A stretch of 63,147 bases of DNA from Candidatus Micrarchaeota archaeon. Lineage in GTDB: Archaea > Micrarchaeota > Micrarchaeia > Anstonellales > Bilamarchaeaceae. The notes beneath the pieces were generated by a model. The model worked only from the letters and a program-made list of their open reading frames with translations. It was not told the origin of the DNA and did no database searches. This document shows, one piece after another, positions 19,393 through 28,495 of this stretch (its first letter is position 1; every line of letters starts with the position of its first letter). The DNA is taken from NCBI GenBank assembly GCA_018812625.1, contig JAHJDH010000012.1, forward strand, positions 1-63,147, in the 5' to 3' direction. The position numbers were made by a program, and so were the translations under genes.

Positions 19393-22300
19393 TATTGCCG
19401 CCTCGTTCTATGTGCTCTTGCATATCCGTGGATATGATTTCTGTATGCAGTTCTAGCTCCTCTTGCGCTAAATGAAACTGTCATATTCGCTCCTTCTCCT
19501 TCAACTGTTATTCCAAGAGATCTCCTTAGCCTAGCTGATCTCTCAGATGTTCCAGTAATTATTCTGTATAAATCTGCTTTTATTTCTGTTCTAGCGCGCT
19601 GTCTGTTTGGCTGCTGTCTTGCTTCGATGCCTTCCTGATCCTCTCCAAATGCTGCTCTCATCACAACACCATCGCCGGTTCTACGTGTGCCTTCACCTTC
19701 AATATCATTAAACAGTGCGTCAACTCTAGCATCAACGAACTCAGCTATTTGAACTCCGCCGCGCTCTTCACTTTGATAAAAGCTTTGCGCCTCTGCACTA
19801 AGTCCAACTGTTGGAGTTCTCTCTACTTCTGCTGGCTCATCTGGTGCTTCATCCTGCACTTCTGCAGGTTGCCTTGTTTCAAAGCCTGGTCTTCTTGGAT
19901 ATACTGGAGTTTCTTCATGCTCAAGTACTTCTGCCCGCGTTCTGCCAGCTCCTGTTCTTGGTGGAGTTGCGCTTCTTGCATCTCCTCTGCCTCTTCGTTC
20001 TGCTCCACCTGCCTGTTCTCTTATTTCAACTGGGGTTGATCCGCTCCACCAGCCTCTTGATCTATAATAGCCTGATTGCCTATCGAGATACTCATAGATT
20101 GCTTGCGGAGCCATGTCTTGAGTTTGTGCATTTGCTTGAATATGTCTTAGAATTTCATGTAAATTTTCGATCTGATGGCTATTGTCTGCCATCCACTTCA
20201 TCACTCCATTTGTAGCTCGTCCTCCGCGCATTTCAGTATGAGTTATTGCAAATGCAATTGCTTCTGCATATTCACTGCCTCGAAGTGCTCCATCCATCTG
20301 AGCAAATATTCTAGGTGCAACTTGTCCGCTTTCTCTTGCAGTTGCAAGTGCTGTTCCTGGGTTTTCTGCAATCAATGTTGCAAGTGCATTTAAGTCTCCG
20401 TAAATCTCTTCACCAAATTCTCCTTCAGTAAGATTGAATCTGTTGAATGCACGAAGAGCAGCAGTGTTGCTTCCATATGTTCGAATCAGTGATTCAAGTG
20501 TTGATCTAATTTCTGGATCAGTGCAAGCTCTTCGGTCAAGATTTCCTAAGAATGAATTCTGTGCAATTGCTGTTGCGAGGTATAAATGCTGCTCGGTTAA
20601 CCTCTGTTGCAACACCTCATCTGAAGTTTCTCGTCCGTATCTTTGTGAAGAAAATTGTGAAATTGCATTATCTATATATACTACAGGTATATGTCCCTGC
20701 TGAACCTGCATCCAGATAAATGCAAATATGTTTGGATTATCACTGAGGAATGAAACCATATTTGCGTGTTCCTCGCTGATTTGTCCTGATCGAAGCTCAG
20801 AAGTTGAAATAACTCCTGCATCAACAAGCATCTGAGTTGCAACTCCCTGTGCAAATGACATAACAATTCCGCGTGATCTCCAGTTTGGCATTCTAAGGTC
20901 TGCCAGATCAGTTATGTCAAGCTGCTGCTTATGCTCATTTAATAAAATCACATCAACTGCTTCAAGACTCATTCCCCATGGCTGGATTATTGCAAGCAAT
21001 TGTCTTTCTGCTTCAGTGCGGTCTGCACTTCCTTCTGCAGCAGTTCTTCTGGTTGTTAATAATTCATTGATCTCTTCAAGCTGTCCTGCCATTTCTCGTC
21101 CATCTGTGATGAACTCATTCATCATCCTTGGATTCAGGTAATGTCCGCTTCCTTCAAGAAGACTTTGCAATTGTTGCTGGTTTCCTGGTCTTCTGTCAGT
21201 TGATTGTGGAAGTGTGTTTGGCAAATGGTAATAAAATTGCCTTCCACCGTCATCATTGATTATCCAAAGCGCATTTTCTTCTGATATAGAAATTCCAAAG
21301 TCTCTTTGTGCTGCTGCAATACCTTGTCTGATTTCATCTTCATCAGAAAGCATGTCATGAAGCGGCTGATATACAAAATTCCATCCGATATATCCAAGTC
21401 CTGCCCAAGCTGCAATTTGAGGCACCATTCTCAGAGAGTTTGATGGGCGAAGCGCTGCATAAGGTGTTGATCCACCAGCTCCTCTTGATGCTCGAACTGC
21501 TCTATAATATTGAAGTCCTCCCCAATGCACACCTGGTTCATGTGCCAAAAACCATCTACCTGCTCCGCTTACAGATTCACGGACTGTTCCACGTACTGTC
21601 AGGGAAGCGTCTCTTGCAAGTATTCCTGCCTGCTCTGAAATTCCTGGTATTAGCTGCTCTATTCTTGGGTTTGATATTTCTATTGCATGGAAGTTTCCAC
21701 GCATCTCAGGAGTTCTAAATGATCTTAATACTCTTGATACTGGAGTTCCCATATCAAGAACTACCTCCATATTCCCTCCTTCGGCAATTGCATGTTCAAA
21801 TATTCTTCGTTGCTGTGGTCCATAATTTTCCCGAACTGCTCTTGCGACTCTATCGCTTCGAAGCACAGTTGTTATTGCCTCATCCAGGTTTCCCCCTTGT
21901 AGCATCTGCTCTGAAAGGCCTCTTCGAACTGCCTGTGCAACAGGATCCCCTTCTGCAGGGATTCTTCTAATCATGTCTCTTGTTGCATTTCTAAGTGTAA
22001 GTCCTTCTGCAATTATTGTATCTCCGGAAATTGCTCCTCTGCTTTCAAGTTGCAATAATAATGCAGTACGATCTCCAGCTCCAAATTCTGTTCCAAGAAG
22101 TCTTTCAGTTTGTGCAAGTGGCCTTAGTGCAGCTCTCTGTTCCCTTGTTTGATGAATCAATTGCTGATTTTGTTCAAATGCTGTTTCATGAGATGTGTTT
22201 GCCTGATCATGTGCCCTTTCAAGTCTTGCGAGTCTTCGTCCAGTCAATCCTCTTGTTCTTCCAGCTTCAAGATTTATTCGTGCTGTTTCAAGAGCTTGTC

Positions 22301-25300
22301 CTGTTCTCTCAACTACTGCTTCAGAACTTGCAACGCCACTTTCAAGCTCTGCAAGTCTTGCTGCTGCAGTGCGTTCTGTTGCTTCTAATATTAATGTCAT
22401 CTCCTCTCTTGAAAATGGTCTTGCATCAGTCAATTCCATATAAGCTTCTGCTGTTCCCCTGCTTCCAGCTGCGCTTCTAATTGATCCTTGTGTTCTTGCA
22501 AGTGCTCTTGCAAGTGCGGGGTCAGTTCTTGCTGCTGCTTCAAGATGCGGCCTCAGGTTTGGAGAAGAATACATTTTTCTCAAGACTCCTAGATACCCAT
22601 CTCTGGTTCCTCTGCCTGCACTTGTTGCCATTCTGTCTATTCTGGAAAATAATTCAACTGATCTCTGTACACTGTTACGAGCAACATTTCCAATTTCAGT
22701 TGCTTCTGCTCTTGCTTGAACTGCTGCACGTTCTGCTGCCTGAATTTCAGCTGATGGTGCTCCGCCTTGCCTTAATGTCTGGACATTTGCTTCTGCTCTA
22801 GCTGCTTCTGCGCTTGCTCTTCTAATTACAAGAGCTGTTTCTTCAGGACTCATAGTAATATCTGATAATATATCTCCCATTCTTGCTTGTGCATCTTCTA
22901 AAATTGCATCTGCGTTTGGAGGCTCAGCGCTTCTTCTTGCTGCTGCTCTTCTTTGTCTCCATCCACGAACTGCATCACGTGTTCTTCCATATGCACGTTC
23001 TATTACTCCGACTCTTGCAATTCTTTGAACTTCTGGAACAGGTGCTGGGGGTTCTTCAACTGGAGCAGGTTCTCTTACTCCAGTTGGTTCTCTAGGAGTT
23101 CCGCCTCTTCGTCTTCCGCCTTCTGATACTTGCCTGCTTGCTCCACCTGCTGGTGCTCCAGTTCCTATAGGAGGTCCTGATGGAGGAGTGGCACTTGCCC
23201 GAATTGGCGGCATAGTTGTTCCGGCAGTTACTTGTGGCTGTCCTGGAACTTCAATGACATATTCTGTTCCAGTACCTGTTCTTACGACCTCGAATTCCAT
23301 GGTTGCTTCTGCTGCATTTGCTTCAGTAATCACTTCATCCGGAACAAGTCTTCTAAGTGGTCCTGGTCTTTGCGGTGTTCCGAATTCTTGCTGTATTGCA
23401 CGAGTTGAAAATGGTGTATCTATTCCAGTATCAAGTGCATGTCTCACTGCTCTGTGCTGAAGAAGTGCATCTATTCTAGCACCTGCTTGTGGGTTTTCTG
23501 CTCTTATTGCTTCGAGTCTTGCCCGTGCTGCAATCATGCTGCTTGTTCTTGCTTCTGCAGGAGTTGCTTCAAACCTTGCAAGCTCTCCCAAAAATGATCT
23601 GAATCTCTCAGGGTTTGAAATAAATGACGCAAGATCACTAATTGCTACTCTTGCTCCTCCTCCTGGTCCTCTTGGAGGCGGGAATTCCAATCCTCTAATT
23701 CCGCGCACTAGTGCAGCTTCTGCAATTTGGTTTAGTTCTCCTCCGCGAAGTGCAGTTCGAATTGCACTTTGCCTCATAAGATGAGAAATTTGAGTTCTAA
23801 GTCTTGATGAGAATCCTCCGAAAATTTCAAGTGCAATCGGGTTCTGCGCACGAAGCAGTCTCATGAATCTAAACATTGTACTTGGGTTTCCAAGCTCACG
23901 CGCTCCCAATATCTCAGGTGGCGCTTCTCCAAATTCTAGTGCAAATTCTCTTGCATAAATTCTTGCTTGAGCTCTTCCAGATCCTGCAATGGCTGCTCTT
24001 CCCAGAGCAGATCCTCCCATTACTGCCCATGGGAAAACCGCAAGTGCAAACATAAGAGTTCCAGTAGTACTATCTCCTCTTTGGAATGCCTGGTATCCAT
24101 GATAACCTGCATATCCTGAGAAGAAGGTTGCAATTCCTAGATTTGCAATATTCAATCCAGTTGCAATTCTTGAGAGTCGTATTGCATGAGTAGTAGCGCC
24201 AGCTGCCCGGGCTGCAAGTGCGGCTCTGCCTACTCTTGCTGCTGCTCCCATCATTCCAAGGCTTACAACTACAAGTCCTGCCATTGCCCAGCTTTCTGCT
24301 GATGCATGGCCATGAACTCTATATTCAGTTACAATCTGTTCAGCTGCCATTCCAAGGAATATTGCTCCAGACACATACGGACCAACTACTGGGATAAATA
24401 CAGATACAAGTCCAGCTCCAATTAACGCCCACTGAAGCGCTTGCTGATTTGTAACAACTGTTTCCTGCATTACTCTAAGTATTGATTGTGCTCGCTCCAG
24501 TGAAGCAGTTGCTACTTCTCCTTGATGTTCGTAAGCATAGCGAAGCTGACTCATCACTTCACTTTGCGCTCTTGCATAATCAGTAGTTATCTGGGCTGCT
24601 CCACTTTGCGGTATTGCAAATATTGAAGTTTCAAGAAGAGTTGCAATTTGCCCTCTTCTATTGAGCTCATCATCACTGACATTTCCAAAGAGAATATTGT
24701 GGAATGTGCTCAAATGCGCAGATCTATAAAATTCAAAACCTTGCATTCTTCGCTGTTCATCATATGCAGTTCTAACTGCTTGTCTTCCCCCAAGAGCCTG
24801 CGCGAGTCCTGGCGCGTGTGCATGTATAATTTGTGTTGCCATTGGAGAGTTTTCTGCCAGGTATCCCATCAGGGCTTCCTCCCTGCTTGATACTGCCTGC
24901 ATATAGGACTGTTCTGCTGCTTCAAAGTTTCCAGCTAAGATCTGTCTTCTTGTAGTTTCAAGTTGTCCTGTACACTGAACTATCAGTGCTCCAGTTCGCG
25001 CTGCTACTTCTCCACTTGTAGTTAACACGACCTGTCTGTATTGTTCGTTAAGAGCAAGCTGTCCATTTAGAACTGAAAATGCACGTGCAATTCTTGCTTC
25101 TCTGCCCACTTCTCCAAGGAATTCTCCTAGTTGTTCTTCTGGGAATGCTCCATTTAATCCTTGCAATTGTTCAAAGAAAGCAAGTGCCTCTCCAGTCAGG
25201 TGTGGCATTACATATGTTGAAGTTGCCTGAAGCGAGCTGATATAATGAATAAGTGCAGTTCTTCTTGCTTCAAGTGTTACTAATGCTGTTCGCCTTGGTG

Positions 25301-28049
25301 CAAGTTCTCTTGCAGATGGTGCTGAAACTCCTTCTGGTAAATTATCATAAAGTCCAGTAATTTCTACGAGCATCCTATTTACTTCAAGAAGTCTTTCTCT
25401 TGCACTTTGAAGGTTTTCCTGCCTTACTGTTCCTGCTTTAACATGCCCAAGTCTGATATTGAATCTGTCAATTGCCCTGTTGAATTCTGTCATATTTCCT
25501 GTTGTAGCAGCACGTCTAACATCACCCATCAATTGCCTTAATGTTCTTTGTCCACGCAGTCTTGGATCAGTTCCAGCAAAGTCTCTTTCATATCTTCTCA
25601 CATCTGCAAGATCAACATATCCAGGATATCTTCCGCCAGCTCTTGTTCCAAGAGGCAATTGCCCTCTGGTATCTGTTTGTCCATCGACCCAATCCCGTCT
25701 TCCCATGATTCTGTCTTCAAGCTGCTGCGCTCTGGTTAGAAGAAGTTCTGTGTTTGCAATTCTTGCTGAACCTGAATCAAATCTTTCAGCTGCAGCAGTA
25801 TGCTGTTCTATTGTCTGTGCATTTATTTCCATTTCAATTGCTTCTAGCATCTCTTGTCTTCCTTCAACATAGCCAGGGGTTCTTTGTCCAAAGCTGGTTG
25901 AAAAAAGTCCGTATCTCCATCCTTCTCTTTGTCTGCTCTCTGCAGTTCCATAATAATCTCTGGCATATTGAAGAAGTATGTGCGCTCCATTAAAGTCTCC
26001 ATGACTAGCCCGTTCTCTTGCAGTTGCAAGTGCATCTCGTATTCCTTCTTGTCCAAGTTCTCTTCCTGCAATCGCTGTTTCAAGTCTTCCTGTCTCGCGC
26101 CTTATATATGCATTTTGTGCAGCTGCATAACTCTCTACGAATCTCTGTTCAATAGGCTCTCCTGCAAGAGTGAATCTTCCTCCTCTTGCATATTCCATTA
26201 TTCGTTCCATTCCTTGAAGGAAGGCTGCATCAGATTCTGCTACTGATGTTATTCTTCCGCTTCTTCGAACTCCAAGTCTTTCAACTGCTTCGCTATACAT
26301 TACAATGAATGTCAAAACTCTTCTTGCTCTTGTGAGGTTACCTTGTGCAATAAGCTCATCAACATGATTTAGTGTTTCAGTTGCAACTGTTTTTTGTGAA
26401 AACCTTCCCCAGGTTCCTATTCTTGTTCTAAGTTCGCTTGCTGTTGAAGCATATTCATGACGAAGTATTCCATCATGGAACATTTCACTGCCATCTGCTC
26501 CAGTAAGCTCTGCATCCATGGCAGCTTCCATCTGTTCTGAACCTGCAAATGTTCCCCATCTTCTCTGCTCACCAATTGCTGTATATGCGCTTACTATATC
26601 AAATAATCTTTCTGCTCCAGCAACATCTCCACTTTGGAGTCTAATTCGTGCAGCCTGAATTGCTGCTCGGATTCTTTCTCTTTTTGCTGCTGGGCCTCTG
26701 GTTCTATATCCTGCTTCAAGAGAATCCATGTCTGCTCTTAGTGTTGCAATATTGAGAGTATCTTGGAACCTATGGGCCATTGCTGGCGTGAATGGAATCC
26801 TTCCATCAATGATCCTGTTCATCTCTTCATAATTATCCAGGTATCTTCTTCCCTGTCCATTTGCAATCTGCTCAAGAAGACCCATCATCATTGAAAGTCT
26901 TGCAATTTGAACCTCACTCGAATCAAGTGCATCAAGCGCTCTTTGAGCATACCAAGCAGCACTATGTTCTGCTGGAGCTCTTCTCGAAGTTCCTCTAAGT
27001 TCAACTGCCCTTTGCCTCAACTGTTCAACTTGTTCAGTTTCAGTTCTTGGCTGCTCTGTTCCAGTTAATATGTGGTATCTTTGAATCAGTCCGCGAGCTT
27101 GCTCAAGATCAACTGTTCTTTGTCTTCTAAGTCTTGCGAGTAAGCTGTCCATATCCTGCTGAAGGCTTTGAATGGATGCTGCACGGATTCTATCTTGTGC
27201 AACATCTGCCGAAATCAGTTCCAATTGCTGCCTGTAATGTGTGATTGTTGCTATTGTTTCAGTTCTAATTGTTGTTTGTGCGCTTTGCAGATCCTCAGTA
27301 AATTGTTCAATGAACTGCTGGTCTGCTGTTGCATCGTCCTGTGAATATATTGCCCCTTCTCTGGCTTCTCGTCCTCTCTCAATAATAAATCTATATCCTC
27401 GATCTCGAATAACTGATGCCTCGGAACCTTCAATTCTGCTAAGCTGAGGACGGGCTGCAAGCAATCTTCCAACTGCTAAAATATTCATTCCTCTTTGATT
27501 GTTGCGTGTTCCAATATCGATAAGCGCTGATTCCAGTCCGTTTAATACCTCAGCTGGAATGTCTTCAATCTCAATTCCTGGAATCTGGACACTTGTTGGA
27601 GAGCCTGCAAGAAGCAGTCTCATTCCAATATCATAAACTTCTCCGATTCTTACAATCTTATCTCTTGCTTCTGCAAGGGATCTCACTGCATTTCCAAGTC
27701 TTCCTTCATTTGCTTCGGTTACTGATCTCGCAATCACTGTTTCTATCATTTCAAGCTCGTTTGTATATCTATCACCAAGGATAGGAACAGATGTAAGATT
27801 CATTCTTCTAACTGTTCTTCGAAGCATATCTGCATCTCTTTGAACTCCTTCTGATGTTCTTGCTCCAGGGCTTACTCTCATTTCTCCTGCGTATTCAAGC
27901 AGTTCACTGATCTGTGACTGAACTCGTGCAAGTCCTGCTCTAAGTTCCTGCTCTTGTCCTGGACTTACTACTGTTCGAATTGGTACAATAGAAATTGGAA
28001 GGTGACTTTCTTCTCTTGTTTCCGGTCTTCTTCTTTGACGTTCTGCCAT
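19392..28049 (-). CDS. Giant Arg/Ala/Glu-rich alpha-helical membrane protein (~2885 aa) of unknown family
   Basis: 8.66-kb ORF; GGTGA SD before MAERQ (28049). Four adjacent hydrophobic helices at 24000-24431, a further TM at ~21361-21428, TPR-like helical pairs. Confidence 0.9.
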   Translation of the reverse strand: MAERQRRRPETREESHLPISIVPIRTVVSPGQEQELRAGLARVQSQISELLEYAGEMRVSPGARTSEGVQRDADMLRRTVRRMNLTSVPILGDRYTNELEMIETVIARSVTEANEGRLGNAVRSLAEARDKIVRIGEVYDIGMRLLLAGSPTSVQIPGIEIEDIPAEVLNGLESALIDIGTRNNQRGMNILAVGRLLAARPQLSRIEGSEASVIRDRGYRFIIERGREAREGAIYSQDDATADQQFIEQFTEDLQSAQTTIRTETIATITHYRQQLELISADVAQDRIRAASIQSLQQDMDSLLARLRRQRTVDLEQARGLIQRYHILTGTEQPRTETEQVEQLRQRAVELRGTSRRAPAEHSAAWYAQRALDALDSSEVQIARLSMMMGLLEQIANGQGRRYLDNYEEMNRIIDGRIPFTPAMAHRFQDTLNIATLRADMDSLEAGYRTRGPAAKRERIRAAIQAARIRLQSGDVAGAERLFDIVSAYTAIGEQRRWGTFAGSEQMEAAMDAELTGADGSEMFHDGILRHEYASTASELRTRIGTWGRFSQKTVATETLNHVDELIAQGNLTRARRVLTFIVMYSEAVERLGVRRSGRITSVAESDAAFLQGMERIMEYARGGRFTLAGEPIEQRFVESYAAAQNAYIRRETGRLETAIAGRELGQEGIRDALATARERASHGDFNGAHILLQYARDYYGTAESRQREGWRYGLFSTSFGQRTPGYVEGRQEMLEAIEMEINAQTIEQHTAAAERFDSGSARIANTELLLTRAQQLEDRIMGRRDWVDGQTDTRGQLPLGTRAGGRYPGYVDLADVRRYERDFAGTDPRLRGQRTLRQLMGDVRRAATTGNMTEFNRAIDRFNIRLGHVKAGTVRQENLQSARERLLEVNRMLVEITGLYDNLPEGVSAPSARELAPRRTALVTLEARRTALIHYISSLQATSTYVMPHLTGEALAFFEQLQGLNGAFPEEQLGEFLGEVGREARIARAFSVLNGQLALNEQYRQVVLTTSGEVAARTGALIVQCTGQLETTRRQILAGNFEAAEQSYMQAVSSREEALMGYLAENSPMATQIIHAHAPGLAQALGGRQAVRTAYDEQRRMQGFEFYRSAHLSTFHNILFGNVSDDELNRRGQIATLLETSIFAIPQSGAAQITTDYARAQSEVMSQLRYAYEHQGEVATASLERAQSILRVMQETVVTNQQALQWALIGAGLVSVFIPVVGPYVSGAIFLGMAAEQIVTEYRVHGHASAESWAMAGLVVVSLGMMGAAARVGRAALAARAAGATTHAIRLSRIATGLNIANLGIATFFSGYAGYHGYQAFQRGDSTTGTLMFALAVFPWAVMGGSALGRAAIAGSGRAQARIYAREFALEFGEAPPEILGARELGNPSTMFRFMRLLRAQNPIALEIFGGFSSRLRTQISHLMRQSAIRTALRGGELNQIAEAALVRGIRGLEFPPPRGPGGGARVAISDLASFISNPERFRSFLGELARFEATPAEARTSSMIAARARLEAIRAENPQAGARIDALLQHRAVRHALDTGIDTPFSTRAIQQEFGTPQRPGPLRRLVPDEVITEANAAEATMEFEVVRTGTGTEYVIEVPGQPQVTAGTTMPPIRASATPPSGPPIGTGAPAGGASRQVSEGGRRRGGTPREPTGVREPAPVEEPPAPVPEVQRIARVGVIERAYGRTRDAVRGWRQRRAAARRSAEPPNADAILEDAQARMGDILSDITMSPEETALVIRRASAEAARAEANVQTLRQGGAPSAEIQAAERAAVQARAEATEIGNVARNSVQRSVELFSRIDRMATSAGRGTRDGYLGVLRKMYSSPNLRPHLEAAARTDPALARALARTQGSIRSAAGSRGTAEAYMELTDARPFSREEMTLILEATERTAAARLAELESGVASSEAVVERTGQALETARINLEAGRTRGLTGRRLARLERAHDQANTSHETAFEQNQQLIHQTREQRAALRPLAQTERLLGTEFGAGDRTALLLQLESRGAISGDTIIAEGLTLRNATRDMIRRIPAEGDPVAQAVRRGLSEQMLQGGNLDEAITTVLRSDRVARAVRENYGPQQRRIFEHAIAEGGNMEVVLDMGTPVSRVLRSFRTPEMRGNFHAIEISNPRIEQLIPGISEQAGILARDASLTVRGTVRESVSGAGRWFLAHEPGVHWGGLQYYRAVRASRGAGGSTPYAALRPSNSLRMVPQIAAWAGLGYIGWNFVYQPLHDMLSDEDEIRQGIAAAQRDFGISISEENALWIINDDGGRQFYYHLPNTLPQSTDRRPGNQQQLQSLLEGSGHYLNPRMMNEFITDGREMAGQLEEINELLTTRRTAAEGSADRTEAERQLLAIIQPWGMSLEAVDVILLNEHKQQLDITDLADLRMPNWRSRGIVMSFAQGVATQMLVDAGVISTSELRSGQISEEHANMVSFLSDNPNIFAFIWMQVQQGHIPVVYIDNAISQFSSQRYGRETSDEVLQQRLTEQHLYLATAIAQNSFLGNLDRRACTDPEIRSTLESLIRTYGSNTAALRAFNRFNLTEGEFGEEIYGDLNALATLIAENPGTALATARESGQVAPRIFAQMDGALRGSEYAEAIAFAITHTEMRGGRATNGVMKWMADNSHQIENLHEILRHIQANAQTQDMAPQAIYEYLDRQSGYYRSRGWWSGSTPVEIREQAGGAERRGRGDARSATPPRTGAGRTRAEVLEHEETPVYPRRPGFETRQPAEVQDEAPDEPAEVERTPTVGLSAEAQSFYQSEERGGVQIAEFVDARVDALFNDIEGEGTRRTGDGVVMRAAFGEDQEGIEARQQPNRQRARTEIKADLYRIITGTSERSARLRRSLGITVEGEGANMTVSFSARGARTAYRNHIHGYARAHRTRRQ

Positions 28050-28058
28050 AATCTTCAC

Positions 28059-28373
28059 CTATGAGTATGTTTGACAAATTAGAACAAAATCACGCAATCT
28101 GTCCATGCGAGCCCTTTCATCTTCTTTTCCCTTTGTCCGAAGCGCGTCTCTCTGCCAGCTTTCAAGAGCGCCATGGAAATTTCTGATCTTTACAACCTGC
28201 GGAAAAATATTGTCTGGTTTTGTTGGTGCAGCATCCCATTTTGCAAGGAAACTCTCCAGAGAATTAAGTGTGCGCCCCACACGTTTCATTGTTTCATCTT
28301 CAACAGAATTAATATCCAGTTTTTTTGGGATTTTTGTTACTTCTGATTTACGTGAAGGTTTCTTTTTAGACAT
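28059..28373 (-). CDS. Small helical hypothetical protein (~104 aa)
   Basis: GGTG SD, TTTATAAA box at 28407-28414; its stop overlaps the SD of the giant gene. Confidence 0.75.
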   Translation of the reverse strand: MSKKKPSRKSEVTKIPKKLDINSVEDETMKRVGRTLNSLESFLAKWDAAPTKPDNIFPQVVKIRNFHGALESWQRDALRTKGKEDERARMDRLRDFVLICQTYS

Positions 28374-28495
28374 AGACACACCTATAAAAAAGTATGCCGA
28401 AGCAACTTTATAAATGTGGCTTTGAGCCTATTGAATATTATTAGTATGGATTATGGCAGTAAAATTAGAAAAATAAATTAGAAAAAAGAAAAAAT

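Noticed and set aside
5874-28049. Giant genes as phage virion RNA polymerase, tape-measure or prophage genes
   Set aside because: No NADFDGD/DxDGD motif seen, no capsid, terminase, portal or integrase nearby, and codon usage is host-like.
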